A stretch of 64,000 nucleotides of DNA from Planctomycetota bacterium (lineage in GTDB: Bacteria > Planctomycetota > UBA8108 > SXIK01): NCBI GenBank assembly GCA_965223845.1, contig CBDCXR010000004.1, forward strand, positions 1,792,001 to 1,856,000, given 5' to 3'. This document shows, in pieces, positions 37,650 through 46,853 of this stretch. The translations under genes and the position numbers were made by a program. The number at the start of each line of letters is the position of its first letter. Within the stretch, counting starts at the first letter, position 1. Under the pieces are notes generated by a model. That model was not told the origin of the DNA. It ran no database searches and saw nothing but the letters and a program-made list of their open reading frames with translations.

Positions 37650-40600
37650 TCACGGGATGTCCGCCGGACATCCATCACTCCCGGCACAGTCGAATGCCTC
37701 GACCACGCCGAAACAGTCGACACCTTGAACCGGTGGGGCTCCGCCGTCGAACAGGTATCGAGCGAGCGAAATCACATCGTTGATGTCGAACGCCCCGTTC
37801 CCACTCACGTCGAGGATGGCGTCGGTACCTTCCCCCGTACCGCAGGGCGGTTCCACCGGATCGGCGAGCAGAAAGAATCCCGGGAAGAGAACGTGGATCC
37901 CGCAGATCACGTCGGAGAGGTTTCGTGTCCCGTCGACGTTGCAGTCGCCGGCGAGGACCGGAGTCCCGGCGGGTCCGAAGATCCCCGTCGAAGTCCAGCA
38001 GACGTGATCGAACTCTCCCGTAACCTGTACGCTCGAACAGCAATCGATGAGGAACACCGCGGTTCGCCCACCCGCGGCGGCGGCTTGGGGCGGAAGACCG
38101 TTTCCGATGAGGACGCCGTCCCGCCACACGAAGTAAAGTCCGCTCACGGCATCGTATCCGATGCGGAAGGTGACGAAATCGGATGCGTTCTCGTTCGCGT
38201 CGAGCGGAATGTCCGGCCAGGCGAAAGTGCCCATAGTGTCGACGCGAAGAATGAATCGCGTTGAGCCGTTCGCGAGCCAGAGAATTACGCCGCCATTGTC
38301 ACCGGAGCTCGCCGCCACCTTCATTCTGACTTCGAATGTGTACGACACGTTCGCGTCGATCGACTCCTCCCACGTCGAGCCGTCGCCCAACGTGATCGCT
38401 TGCTGTCCACCGAGAACCGAGTCGAACACGAGTCGTCCTCCGAACACGGCGAGCGTGGGCGGATCCGGGTCGTTGGCGTTCCACGGCGCGTCCTCGGCCC
38501 AACCCTGCTCGGCACCTTCGACCGACGGGAGCTGTCCGTCCGTGTCAAACGTTAGACAGTGGAACCCTCCCGCTCCGCGTGGTTCGGGGGCGTTCGGCGT
38601 CGCGCTCGCTTCGTCGGAGTCGCCGGACTCGTTGCCAGAGGTATCGACGGCGGTCACCACGTAGAACGATTCGACGCCATTCGTGACGTCGTCGTCGATG
38701 TACTCACTCGCGAGGACCCCCTCCGCGATCAGGTCGTACGGTCCCCCGGTCACCGCCGAGCGCCGAACGTTGTAGCTGGCGACATCGTCCTCGGGGTTCG
38801 TGTCCCAATCGAGTGCGACGACGTTGACGCCACCGACCGCCGTGAGTCCGGTAGGGGGGCCGGGAGGAACATCGTCGATCTGAGTCGCCGGCGGGAAAAT
38901 TCCCTCGCCGTCCCAGCAGACGTAGTCCATCTCACCCTCGGCTTGTGTGCTCGAGCAGCAGTCGATGAGGAAGATCGCCGTGCGTCCCGTATCGGCCTGG
39001 GGCGCCAGTCCCGCGCCGATCTCGAATCCGTTCCTCCAGACCCAATAGCGCTTGGAGATCCCGTCGTATCCGATGCGGATCGTGACGAAGTTCGTCATGT
39101 TGTCGCCTTCGCGGAGCGTCTCGTCGGAGAAGCGCGCAACGCGATCGGGATAGATGCGGAGGATCAGGCGATTGCTCCCGTTCGCGATCCAGAGGATCGC
39201 ACCGCCCTCACTCGATGCGACCCGGATGCTCGTCTCGAACGTGAACGAGGTCGAACCGTCGATTTCCGTCGACCACGCCGAGGCGCCGCCAGCCGGTTGA
39301 TCCACGGAGTGCTGACCGGGGAGGACGGAGTTGAACTGGACGACGCCCCCCGACACCGCCAGGGTCGGAGGTTCCCCTTCGGTCGCGTTCCAGCTCGCGC
39401 TCTCGGTCCAGCCGTCGGCGGCTCCCTCGACCGAAGGGAACTCGCCTTCGATGTCGAACGTGAGGCAGTGAGTGAACTGGTCCGCGTCCAGGACTTCGCC
39501 GAATCCTTCCGTGGCGCTCGACTCGTCGGACGGATCGGACTCGTTGTCGCAGTTGTCGACCGCCGTCACGACGTAGAAACGCGGTGCGCCATCCGCAAGC
39601 GACATGTCGACGAAATCGCTCGAGCTCACTGCTTCCGCGATGAGGTCGTACGGTCCGCCGGTGGTGTCCGACCCGTAGACGTTGTAGCCGACGACGTCTT
39701 CTTCGACGTTCGAGTCCCAATCGAGACCGATCGCGCCGACTCCGGGTGCGGCGATGAGTCCGGTCGGAGCGGCCGGCGCGATATCGTCGCAATCGCCGCC
39801 GGGCGGCGGGTAGATGCCGGTCGCATCCCAGCAGACGTAGTCGACTTCTGCGTCGACCTCATTCGAGCCGCCGAAGTCGACGAGGATCACCCAGTTGTTC
39901 GCCACCTGGATGTCGCCGGGCCCGAGGTCGGTCGCGATTTCGACCCCGTTTCGCCACACCGTCGCGAGGCCCGTCGCCCCGTCATGACCGATGCGCACGG
40001 TGACGAAGTCCGACGAGTTGTCCCCTTCGTGGATCGTCGTGTTTCGGCCCCAACGGATGTCGTTCATCCCCACGATCGCGACTGCCGTCTCGCTGGCTTC
40101 CCCGTTCCCGAGCCAGATCGTGAAGCCCGGGTCCGCACCGCCTTCGTTCGTCACGCGAACGCGTGCTTCGAACGTGTAGGACGTCCCCGGATCCACCTCT
40201 GCCGCCCACGCCGAGGTGTCCACCGGCTGGCGCACGTCGTGACCGCCGCCCACGCCGACCGTCTTCACCGTCAGGAGCCCACCAGCGACCTCGAGCGACG
40301 GTGGGTTCCCCGGAATGTTCCAGCCCGTCTCCTGCCAACCGTCTGCGGCGCCCTCCACCGACGGAATCTCGCCGTCCGTATCGAATTCGAGCGCGTGGGG
40401 GAATGTCGAGGAGTCCTTCGCCGCAGGCGTAAATGCTCCCGTCGCGTCCCAGCGAACATAGTCCACTTCCGCCGCTACCTCGTTCGCGCCCCCGAAGTCA
40501 GCGAGAATCACCCAGTTGTTGGCGCTCTGGATCTCGGTGGAACCGAGGCCCGTCCCGACCTCCACCCCGTCTCGGTACACCGTCGAAAGACCGGTCCCCG

Positions 40601-42362
40601 CGTCGAAAGCGATGCGCACCGTCACCAGGTCACCCGAGTTGTCGTTCGTATCGAGGCTCTGCGTGTTCGTTCCCCACATCAGCTCGTTCGTCCGCACCTG
40701 AAGCACGGCCGTCTCGGCGGCAACTCCGTTCCCGAGCCACACGCTGAATCCCGGTGACGAACCGCCCTGATCCGTCACGCGAAGACGAGTCTCGAACGTG
40801 TACGAGGTCGTGTCGTCGACTTCGGTCGCCCAGGCCGAGGTCCCTGTCGGTTGGCGCACGTCGTGACCGCCGCCTACCCCGACTGTGTCGATGCGCAGTA
40901 GACCACCCGAGACCTCGAGCGACGGCGGCTGGCCAAAGTTCCAGCTCGTCTCCTGCCAGCCGTCTGCCGCTCCCTCGACGGACGGAATCTCTCCGTCCGT
41001 GTCGAAGAGGAGCTTATGCGCGAGCTCGGATGCGTCGCGCGTACCGTCGTCCGGTTCGTAGATGCCGGTCGCATCCCAGCGAACGTAGTCGACTTCTGCG
41101 TCGACCTCATTCGAGCCGCCGAAGTCGACGAGGATCACCCAGTTGTTCGCCACCTGGATGTCGCCGGGCCCGAGGTCGGTCGCGATTTCGACCCCGTTTC
41201 GCCACACCGTCGCGAGGCCCGTCGCCCCGTCATGACCGATGCGCACGGTGACGAAGTCCGACGAGTTGTCCCCTTCGTGGATCGTCGTGTTTCGGCCCCA
41301 ACGGATGTCGTTCATCCCCACGATCGCGACTGCCGTCTCGCTGGCTTCCCCGTTCCCGAGCCAGATCGTGAAGCCCGGGTCCGCACCGCCTTCGTTCGTC
41401 ACGCGAACGCGTGCTTCGAACGTGTAGGACGTCCCCGGATCCACCTCTGCCGCCCACGCCGAGGTGTCCACCGGCTGGCGCACGTCGTGACCGCCGCCCA
41501 CGCCGACCGTCTTCACCGTCAGGAGCCCACCAGCGACCTCGAGCGACGGTGGGTTCCCCGGAATGTTCCAGCCCGTCTCCTGCCAACCGTCTGCGGCGCC
41601 CTCCACCGACGGAATCTCGCCGTCCGTATCGAATTCGAGCGCGTGGGGGAATGTCGAGGAGTCCTTCGCCGCAGGCGTAAATGCTCCCGTCGCGTCCCAG
41701 CGAACATAGTCCACTTCCGCCGCTACCTCGTTCGCGCCCCCGAAGTCAGCGAGAATCACCCAGTTGTTGGCGCTCTGGATCTCGGTGGAACCGAGGCCCG
41801 TCCCGACCTCCACCCCGTCTCGGTACACCGTCGAAAGACCGGCCCCCGCGTCGAAAGCGATGCGCACCGTCACCAGGTCACCCGAGTTGTCGTTCGTATC
41901 GAGGCTCTGCGTGTTCGTTCCCCACATCAGCTCGTTCGTCCGCACCTGAAGCACGGCCGTCTCGGCGGCAACTCCGTTCCCGAGCCACACGCTGAATCCC
42001 GGTGACGAACCGCCCTGATCCGTCACGCGAAGACGAGTCTCGAACGTGTACGAGGTCGTGTCGTCGACTTCGGTCGCCCAGGCCGAGGTCCCTGTCGGTT
42101 GGCGCACGTCGTGACCGCCGCCTACCCCGACTGTGTCGATGCGCAGTAGACCACCCGAGACCTCGAGCGACGGCGGCTGGCCAAAGTTCCAGCTCGTCTC
42201 CTGCCAGCCGTCTGCCGCTCCCTCGACGGACGGAATCTCTCCGTCGACACTGAATTCGAGACCGTGTCCGAATGCGCTCGAATCTCGCTTGCCATCGATC
42301 GCGAACACCGTCGTTCCCAGGGCGATGCTCGCGATCACGGCCAAAATGTTCGACTTGAACAT
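37650..42362 (-). CDS. Secreted protein: six lectin-like repeats, two Fn3 domains, dockerin-like tail
   Basis: Signal peptide MFKSNILAVIASIALGTTVFA. Repeated EGAADGW..SYTFE..WL.NG..VTVRI..DYV.WD unit. GDCNVDG and DVSGNG tail. Confidence 0.85.
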   Translation of the reverse strand: MFKSNILAVIASIALGTTVFAIDGKRDSSAFGHGLEFSVDGEIPSVEGAADGWQETSWNFGQPPSLEVSGGLLRIDTVGVGGGHDVRQPTGTSAWATEVDDTTSYTFETRLRVTDQGGSSPGFSVWLGNGVAAETAVLQVRTNELMWGTNTQSLDTNDNSGDLVTVRIAFDAGAGLSTVYRDGVEVGTGLGSTEIQSANNWVILADFGGANEVAAEVDYVRWDATGAFTPAAKDSSTFPHALEFDTDGEIPSVEGAADGWQETGWNIPGNPPSLEVAGGLLTVKTVGVGGGHDVRQPVDTSAWAAEVDPGTSYTFEARVRVTNEGGADPGFTIWLGNGEASETAVAIVGMNDIRWGRNTTIHEGDNSSDFVTVRIGHDGATGLATVWRNGVEIATDLGPGDIQVANNWVILVDFGGSNEVDAEVDYVRWDATGIYEPDDGTRDASELAHKLLFDTDGEIPSVEGAADGWQETSWNFGQPPSLEVSGGLLRIDTVGVGGGHDVRQPTGTSAWATEVDDTTSYTFETRLRVTDQGGSSPGFSVWLGNGVAAETAVLQVRTNELMWGTNTQSLDTNDNSGDLVTVRIAFDAGTGLSTVYRDGVEVGTGLGSTEIQSANNWVILADFGGANEVAAEVDYVRWDATGAFTPAAKDSSTFPHALEFDTDGEIPSVEGAADGWQETGWNIPGNPPSLEVAGGLLTVKTVGVGGGHDVRQPVDTSAWAAEVDPGTSYTFEARVRVTNEGGADPGFTIWLGNGEASETAVAIVGMNDIRWGRNTTIHEGDNSSDFVTVRIGHDGATGLATVWRNGVEIATDLGPGDIQVANNWVILVDFGGSNEVDAEVDYVCWDATGIYPPPGGDCDDIAPAAPTGLIAAPGVGAIGLDWDSNVEEDVVGYNVYGSDTTGGPYDLIAEAVSSSDFVDMSLADGAPRFYVVTAVDNCDNESDPSDESSATEGFGEVLDADQFTHCLTFDIEGEFPSVEGAADGWTESASWNATEGEPPTLAVSGGVVQFNSVLPGQHSVDQPAGGASAWSTEIDGSTSFTFETSIRVASSEGGAILWIANGSNRLILRIYPDRVARFSDETLREGDNMTNFVTIRIGYDGISKRYWVWRNGFEIGAGLAPQADTGRTAIFLIDCCSSTQAEGEMDYVCWDGEGIFPPATQIDDVPPGPPTGLTAVGGVNVVALDWDTNPEDDVASYNVRRSAVTGGPYDLIAEGVLASEYIDDDVTNGVESFYVVTAVDTSGNESGDSDEASATPNAPEPRGAGGFHCLTFDTDGQLPSVEGAEQGWAEDAPWNANDPDPPTLAVFGGRLVFDSVLGGQQAITLGDGSTWEESIDANVSYTFEVRMKVAASSGDNGGVILWLANGSTRFILRVDTMGTFAWPDIPLDANENASDFVTFRIGYDAVSGLYFVWRDGVLIGNGLPPQAAAAGGRTAVFLIDCCSSVQVTGEFDHVCWTSTGIFGPAGTPVLAGDCNVDGTRNLSDVICGIHVLFPGFFLLADPVEPPCGTGEGTDAILDVSGNGAFDINDVISLARYLFDGGAPPVQGVDCFGVVEAFDCAGSDGCPADIP
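39810..40997. repeat. Direct repeat copy 1 (1188 bp)
   Basis: Matches 41058-42245 at offset 1248. I saw differences only at 39833-39834 and 40595. Confidence 0.95.
41058..42245. repeat. Direct repeat copy 2 (1188 bp)
   Basis: See copy 1; shadow ORFs are duplicated at the same 1248-bp offset. Confidence 0.95.
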
Positions 42363-42419
42363 CGGCTGCTCCTTTCAGACCCTCGTATCTTCCTCAAGGA
42401 CCCGCGACCCACGGATGCT

Positions 42420-43211
42420 TCAGGTAGTTTCCTCGTTCGATGAGATCGCCTGATCTCGATTGCGTTTCGTGTAGTCGAGAACGTACTGCCGCCCGATTCG
42501 GATGTGCTCGAGCATCCATTCCCGCGCGCCGTCGCTGTCTCGAGCGCGAAGGAGGGCGACGAGACGTCCATGTCCCCGGTGCGTGGATTCAGCGGCTTCA
42601 CTCGTGAGCAGATCGGGTTGCGTGCGTACGGGCGCAAAGGCTGACGCCACGAGGAGAAGATCGGAGACGATCTTCGTAAGCCAGCGGTTCCGCGCCGCCC
42701 GAACTAGCGCGATGTGAAAACGCTCCTCGTTGGCGCCCCATCGCGACGCTTGTTCGGTCGTCGCAGCCGCTCGTTCGTTGACCGCGATCTCGTCGATGAG
42801 CTCGCGCCACTCCGCGAGGAGGTGGTCGAGCTCGTCGAGTTCGTGTTGAGTGATATGGATCGCGGCCTCGGCCGCGGCAAACGGCTCGAGGTTCTCGCGC
42901 AGATCGTAGAGCTGAGCGAGCTCGACGCGCGAGAGTGTGCGCACGTACGCACCGCCGCCGCGGACGTACTCGACGAGTCCTTCGCTCGCGAGCTGATTGA
43001 TGGCTTCGCGAACGGGCGTGAAGCTCGTTCCGAGCTCCTCCGCGAGAGCGCGATTGACGAGACGCGTTCCGGGAGGGAGATCACCGCGAGCGAGCCGGAC
43101 TCGGAGCTCGTCGTAGGCACGTCGAGCGAGTGTGTCTTTCAATCTCGATCCCTCTGTGGAGGGGGACGAAAAAGGGGTTCGGACCGCGGGGCGGTCGACC
43201 GACAGCGGCAT
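42420..43211 (-). CDS. GntR/FadR-family transcriptional regulator (FCD domain)
   Basis: LPPGTRL..LAEELGTSFTPVREAI..L..EGLV; FCD motifs RENLE, FH..L..AARN, EHI. Confidence 0.9.
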   Translation of the reverse strand: MPLSVDRPAVRTPFSSPSTEGSRLKDTLARRAYDELRVRLARGDLPPGTRLVNRALAEELGTSFTPVREAINQLASEGLVEYVRGGGAYVRTLSRVELAQLYDLRENLEPFAAAEAAIHITQHELDELDHLLAEWRELIDEIAVNERAAATTEQASRWGANEERFHIALVRAARNRWLTKIVSDLLLVASAFAPVRTQPDLLTSEAAESTHRGHGRLVALLRARDSDGAREWMLEHIRIGRQYVLDYTKRNRDQAISSNEETT

Positions 43212-43228
43212 GTGTGCAGCGCCGATCA

Positions 43229-43238
43229 TGTTATAACA
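43229..43238. promoter_or_regulatory. Palindrome TGTTATAACA, candidate GntR operator and extended -10
   Basis: Perfect 10-bp palindrome in an AT-rich patch between divergent genes. Fits the GT-Nx-AC GntR operator pattern. Confidence 0.55.
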
Positions 43239-43396
43239 CGCAATAATAATCAATAGCGAATCCGGGAGAACCTCGGAATTGAGGTGCGCCAGGCCGGCCG
43301 GATCCGGGAGAGAATACGGGGCCTCCGCCGACCACGACTCCGTGAGAACGACGAACTCTCGTGCTTGAATCCGGCTCTTCTACGACGATCTCGACG

Positions 43397-45454
43397 ATGG
43401 TCCGCCTGGCGCTCGTCCTCGCCGTCGGCTCTCGGATGACCGCGGCCGGATCGGACGTACGAGGGCCGACGCCGGTCCCGGATCTAGCCGCGTTCTTCGC
43501 GAAGTACTGCCTCGACTGCCACGACGACGAGACTCGTCGCGGCGATCTCTCACTCGAAGAGTTCGACGATCTCGGCGCCCTGAACGGTCCGAGGCTCGAG
43601 CTCTGGCGGCTCATCCGCGAGCAGCTCGAATTCGGCGACATGCCACCGACGAAGAGCGAGCAGCCGACGCCGGAGGAGCGTCGCGCGGCCGTCGACTCGA
43701 TGCGGTTGCGGCTCCTCGAGACACAGGAGCCCGGTGCGATCTCCGACGACAAGCTCGATCTCCCGCAGTTCGGAAACTACGTCGATCACTCGGCCCTGTT
43801 CGGCGCGAGGCGTCCTCGGGTCGACCCCGCACCCGCGCGCCTCTGGCGGCTTCGGCCCGCGATCTACACCTCCGCGATGGCGAAGTTCGCCGATCGCATC
43901 GGGCCGCTCGCGAACGGGCTCAATACGACGGACGGCTCGGAGTTTAAAGATTACGCGGCCGCGTACTTCCTCGACGAGGCGGCGACGGCGACGCTTCTCG
44001 CGAATGCGAAAACGATCGCTAGCGCCATGATCGGTCCCCGGTCAAAACTCCGCGTGTTTGCGCGTCTTGCAAAGAGTACGGGCGAAGTCGAGCGGGAACG
44101 AGTGGACTCCGCGGTGGAGTCCGGGTTTCGCACGATCGTCGGACGCGCTCCGAGTTCCGAGGAGCTCAAGCGCTACCGGGAGTTCTTTGGGCGAGCGATG
44201 GAGATCGCGGACGGCGAAACGGCGACGAAGGCCCTTTTAGCCGCGATCCTGGTGCAGCCGGAGGTGCTCTTTCGGACGGAGCTCGGGGATGGCCGAGTCG
44301 ACGCTCACGGACGCGTGCGCCTCGCGCCGGTAGAGATCGCGTACGCGCTCTCGTACGCCCTCGGGAACCAGCCGCTCACCGAGTTTCTGCGCGCCGCCAC
44401 GTCGGGGCGCCTCGCTACCGCCGACGGGGTCGCGGAGCACGTCCGCACTCGACTCCTCGATGAGTCTCCGCTTCACGATAAGAATCCCCGCGTCCTTCAG
44501 TTCTTTCGCGAGTACTTCAACTACCCGTTCGCGAACGAAGTGTTCAAGGACAAGCCCGAGGGCGGAGTCCACGAGCCGGCGCTGCTGGTGGGGGACCTCG
44601 AGCTCACGATCCGCGAGATCCTCAAGCGCGACCGTCGCGTGCTCGCAGAATTGTTGACGACGCGAGAGTACTACGTGAACGCACGGCTCAAGCGAAACAA
44701 AGAGAGTAAGTCCTACTCGCTCGAGCGCGCCCACGATCGGAAGTGGCCCTACCACGCGACCTTCGGTCTTCCTCTCGACTGGAAGTGGGCGGCGGAAAGA
44801 CAGCCCGTCAAATTCCCGCGAGACGAACGCGCCGGCGTGCTGACTCATCCCGCGTGGCTTGCCGCCTGGTCGGGCAACTTCGACAACCATCCGGTGCAGA
44901 GAGGGAAATGGATACGGACGCGTCTCCTCGGCGGCACCGTGCCGGACGTTCCGATCGGAGTCGACGCGCGCATACAAGAGAGCGAGCACGAAACGCTTCG
45001 GGATCGACTCGAGCGAACGACGAACAAACCCGAGTGTTGGCGCTGCCATCGGAAGATGGACTCGCTCGGCGTCGCGTTCGAGCGCTACGATCACTATGGA
45101 CGCCATCGTCGCCTCGACGCTAATCAGCCGGTAGATGCGAGCGGGGCGGTGTCTCGGACGGGTGTCACCGATCTCGATAGTAAGTTCGAGGGGCCGACAG
45201 AGCTTCTGCGGCACCTCGCCGGATCGAAGCACGTAGAGCAAGTGTTCGTGCGTCACGTATTCCGGTTTTACATGGGACGCAACGAGACTTTGGGAGATGC
45301 GAACACGCTTCAAGACGCACACGCCGCCTATCGAGAGGGCGAGGGTAGTTTTCGCGAGCTCGTCGTCTCTCTCCTGAGCTCAGACTCATTTCTCTTTCGT
45401 AGCGTTCGCGAATTTCCCACGGAGCAAACGCCCGAAACCAGGGGACGCAGATGA
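43397..45454 (+). CDS. DUF1588/DUF1592-type planctomycete cytochrome c domain protein
   Basis: CLDCH..MPP, RAGVLTHP, HPVQRGKWIR, CWRCHRKMD, GR.R, VDASG. Confidence 0.82.
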   Translation: MVRLALVLAVGSRMTAAGSDVRGPTPVPDLAAFFAKYCLDCHDDETRRGDLSLEEFDDLGALNGPRLELWRLIREQLEFGDMPPTKSEQPTPEERRAAVDSMRLRLLETQEPGAISDDKLDLPQFGNYVDHSALFGARRPRVDPAPARLWRLRPAIYTSAMAKFADRIGPLANGLNTTDGSEFKDYAAAYFLDEAATATLLANAKTIASAMIGPRSKLRVFARLAKSTGEVERERVDSAVESGFRTIVGRAPSSEELKRYREFFGRAMEIADGETATKALLAAILVQPEVLFRTELGDGRVDAHGRVRLAPVEIAYALSYALGNQPLTEFLRAATSGRLATADGVAEHVRTRLLDESPLHDKNPRVLQFFREYFNYPFANEVFKDKPEGGVHEPALLVGDLELTIREILKRDRRVLAELLTTREYYVNARLKRNKESKSYSLERAHDRKWPYHATFGLPLDWKWAAERQPVKFPRDERAGVLTHPAWLAAWSGNFDNHPVQRGKWIRTRLLGGTVPDVPIGVDARIQESEHETLRDRLERTTNKPECWRCHRKMDSLGVAFERYDHYGRHRRLDANQPVDASGAVSRTGVTDLDSKFEGPTELLRHLAGSKHVEQVFVRHVFRFYMGRNETLGDANTLQDAHAAYREGEGSFRELVVSLLSSDSFLFRSVREFPTEQTPETRGRR

Positions 45455-46851
45455 TCGGACCGCGACAAGTCTCCCGCAGAACGTTTTTTCGCGGTGCGGC
45501 GCTCGGCGCCGGCGGAGCGTACCTCGCGCCGTTTTTGCGAGGGCTCGAGGCCACGACGCGCGGGAGCGTCCGACCGCGAGTGCTCTTTTTTGTGCAGGGG
45601 AACGGTGTCTATCCGGACGAGATCCAGCCGAGCACGATCGCCCGGCCGAAGCGGCCGACGCAGGTCGAAGATCGGCCGCTCACGGATCATGAGCTACCCC
45701 CGAGTCTCGAGCCGCTCACGCCCTGGATCCATCGGATGACGTTTGTCCACGGGCTTTCGGGTCGCATCGCGCGCGGGAGTCATAACTCCGGTTTCGCGGC
45801 GCTCGGCTGCTGGCCGATGGGAAAGAAGGCTCACGGAGAAACGATTGACGCGGCCCTCGGGAGGAATCTCGCCGGCGTCTATCCGCACGTCGGGCTCGGC
45901 GTTTCGAACAAGCCTTCGTCGGTCACGTACAACTTGACGTCGACCGCACGGGGAAAAGCGCTCCCGACGCTGCTCGACCCGGTGCTCGCCCACCGCCAGT
46001 TCTTCGCTGCCGGGGCTCGCGGCGCCGCGCGGCGGGAATTCGACGTCGATACGAACCTTCTCGATTTTCTCGCGGACGACGTTCGACGAATGCGGGCGCG
46101 ACTCGACGGATCGGAGCGCGACAAACTCGACCGGTACCTGGAAGCGTTCGAATCGATGAGCGGACGCCAGGCGAAACTCGCGCGGATGTCCGAGCGGATC
46201 GCGCAAGCAGCGCCGAAGGTCGATACCTCGCTCGGTGAAATCGTCGACTCGAAGTCCGAACACACGGGTGTCTTCGATCGTCTCGACGCGCAGTTCGACA
46301 TCGCCGCCGGCGTGCTTCTCGCCGGATTGACGAACGTCGTCACGGTATCGGCCGGCGCCGGTCCGGACCGCATCGGTCTGAGCTGCATGGCAACTGAGGT
46401 CGGCGCAAGCGGCGGCTACGTCGGCGCGCACGCCATCGGACACGGAAGGGGACCTCACGGGAAGAATTCCGGCGAGTGGCATGCTCTGATCCGCCGGCGC
46501 TGCCTCGAGGGGCTCGCGCGAGTTCTCCGCACTCTGGAGTCCGTACCAGTGGGCAACGGGACAATGCTCGACCACACTCTCGTCGTCTACATGTCCGATT
46601 CGGCCGAAGGACATCATCCGGTTTGCGAGGAGTGGCCGTTCGTCCTCATCGGCGATCTCGGCGGTCGGCTCAACCTCGGCAATCGCTACTTGCGGTATCC
46701 GTGGTACGGGCAGCCCGGACACCGAACGATCGCGAGTCTCTACCTCTCTCTTCTACACGCGATCGGTGAACGGCGAGCGAGTTTCGGAGTGAAAGATTTC
46801 AATCTCCTCGATCTCGATCAGGAGGGGCCGCTCACGGAGATCATGGCTTGA
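45451..46851 (+). CDS. DUF1552-type Tat-exported protein
   Basis: SRRTFFRG Tat motif, [27 protein letters not shown]; translationally coupled to its partner. Confidence 0.8.
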   Translation: MIGPRQVSRRTFFRGAALGAGGAYLAPFLRGLEATTRGSVRPRVLFFVQGNGVYPDEIQPSTIARPKRPTQVEDRPLTDHELPPSLEPLTPWIHRMTFVHGLSGRIARGSHNSGFAALGCWPMGKKAHGETIDAALGRNLAGVYPHVGLGVSNKPSSVTYNLTSTARGKALPTLLDPVLAHRQFFAAGARGAARREFDVDTNLLDFLADDVRRMRARLDGSERDKLDRYLEAFESMSGRQAKLARMSERIAQAAPKVDTSLGEIVDSKSEHTGVFDRLDAQFDIAAGVLLAGLTNVVTVSAGAGPDRIGLSCMATEVGASGGYVGAHAIGHGRGPHGKNSGEWHALIRRRCLEGLARVLRTLESVPVGNGTMLDHTLVVYMSDSAEGHHPVCEEWPFVLIGDLGGRLNLGNRYLRYPWYGQPGHRTIASLYLSLLHAIGERRASFGVKDFNLLDLDQEGPLTEIMA

Positions 46852-46853
46852 AC

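Noticed and set aside
39810-42245. Repeat pair as a DGR template/variable region
   Set aside because: No reverse transcriptase in the window. The repeat is ten times the usual TR size, both copies are in-frame coding, and the mismatches are not adenine-specific.
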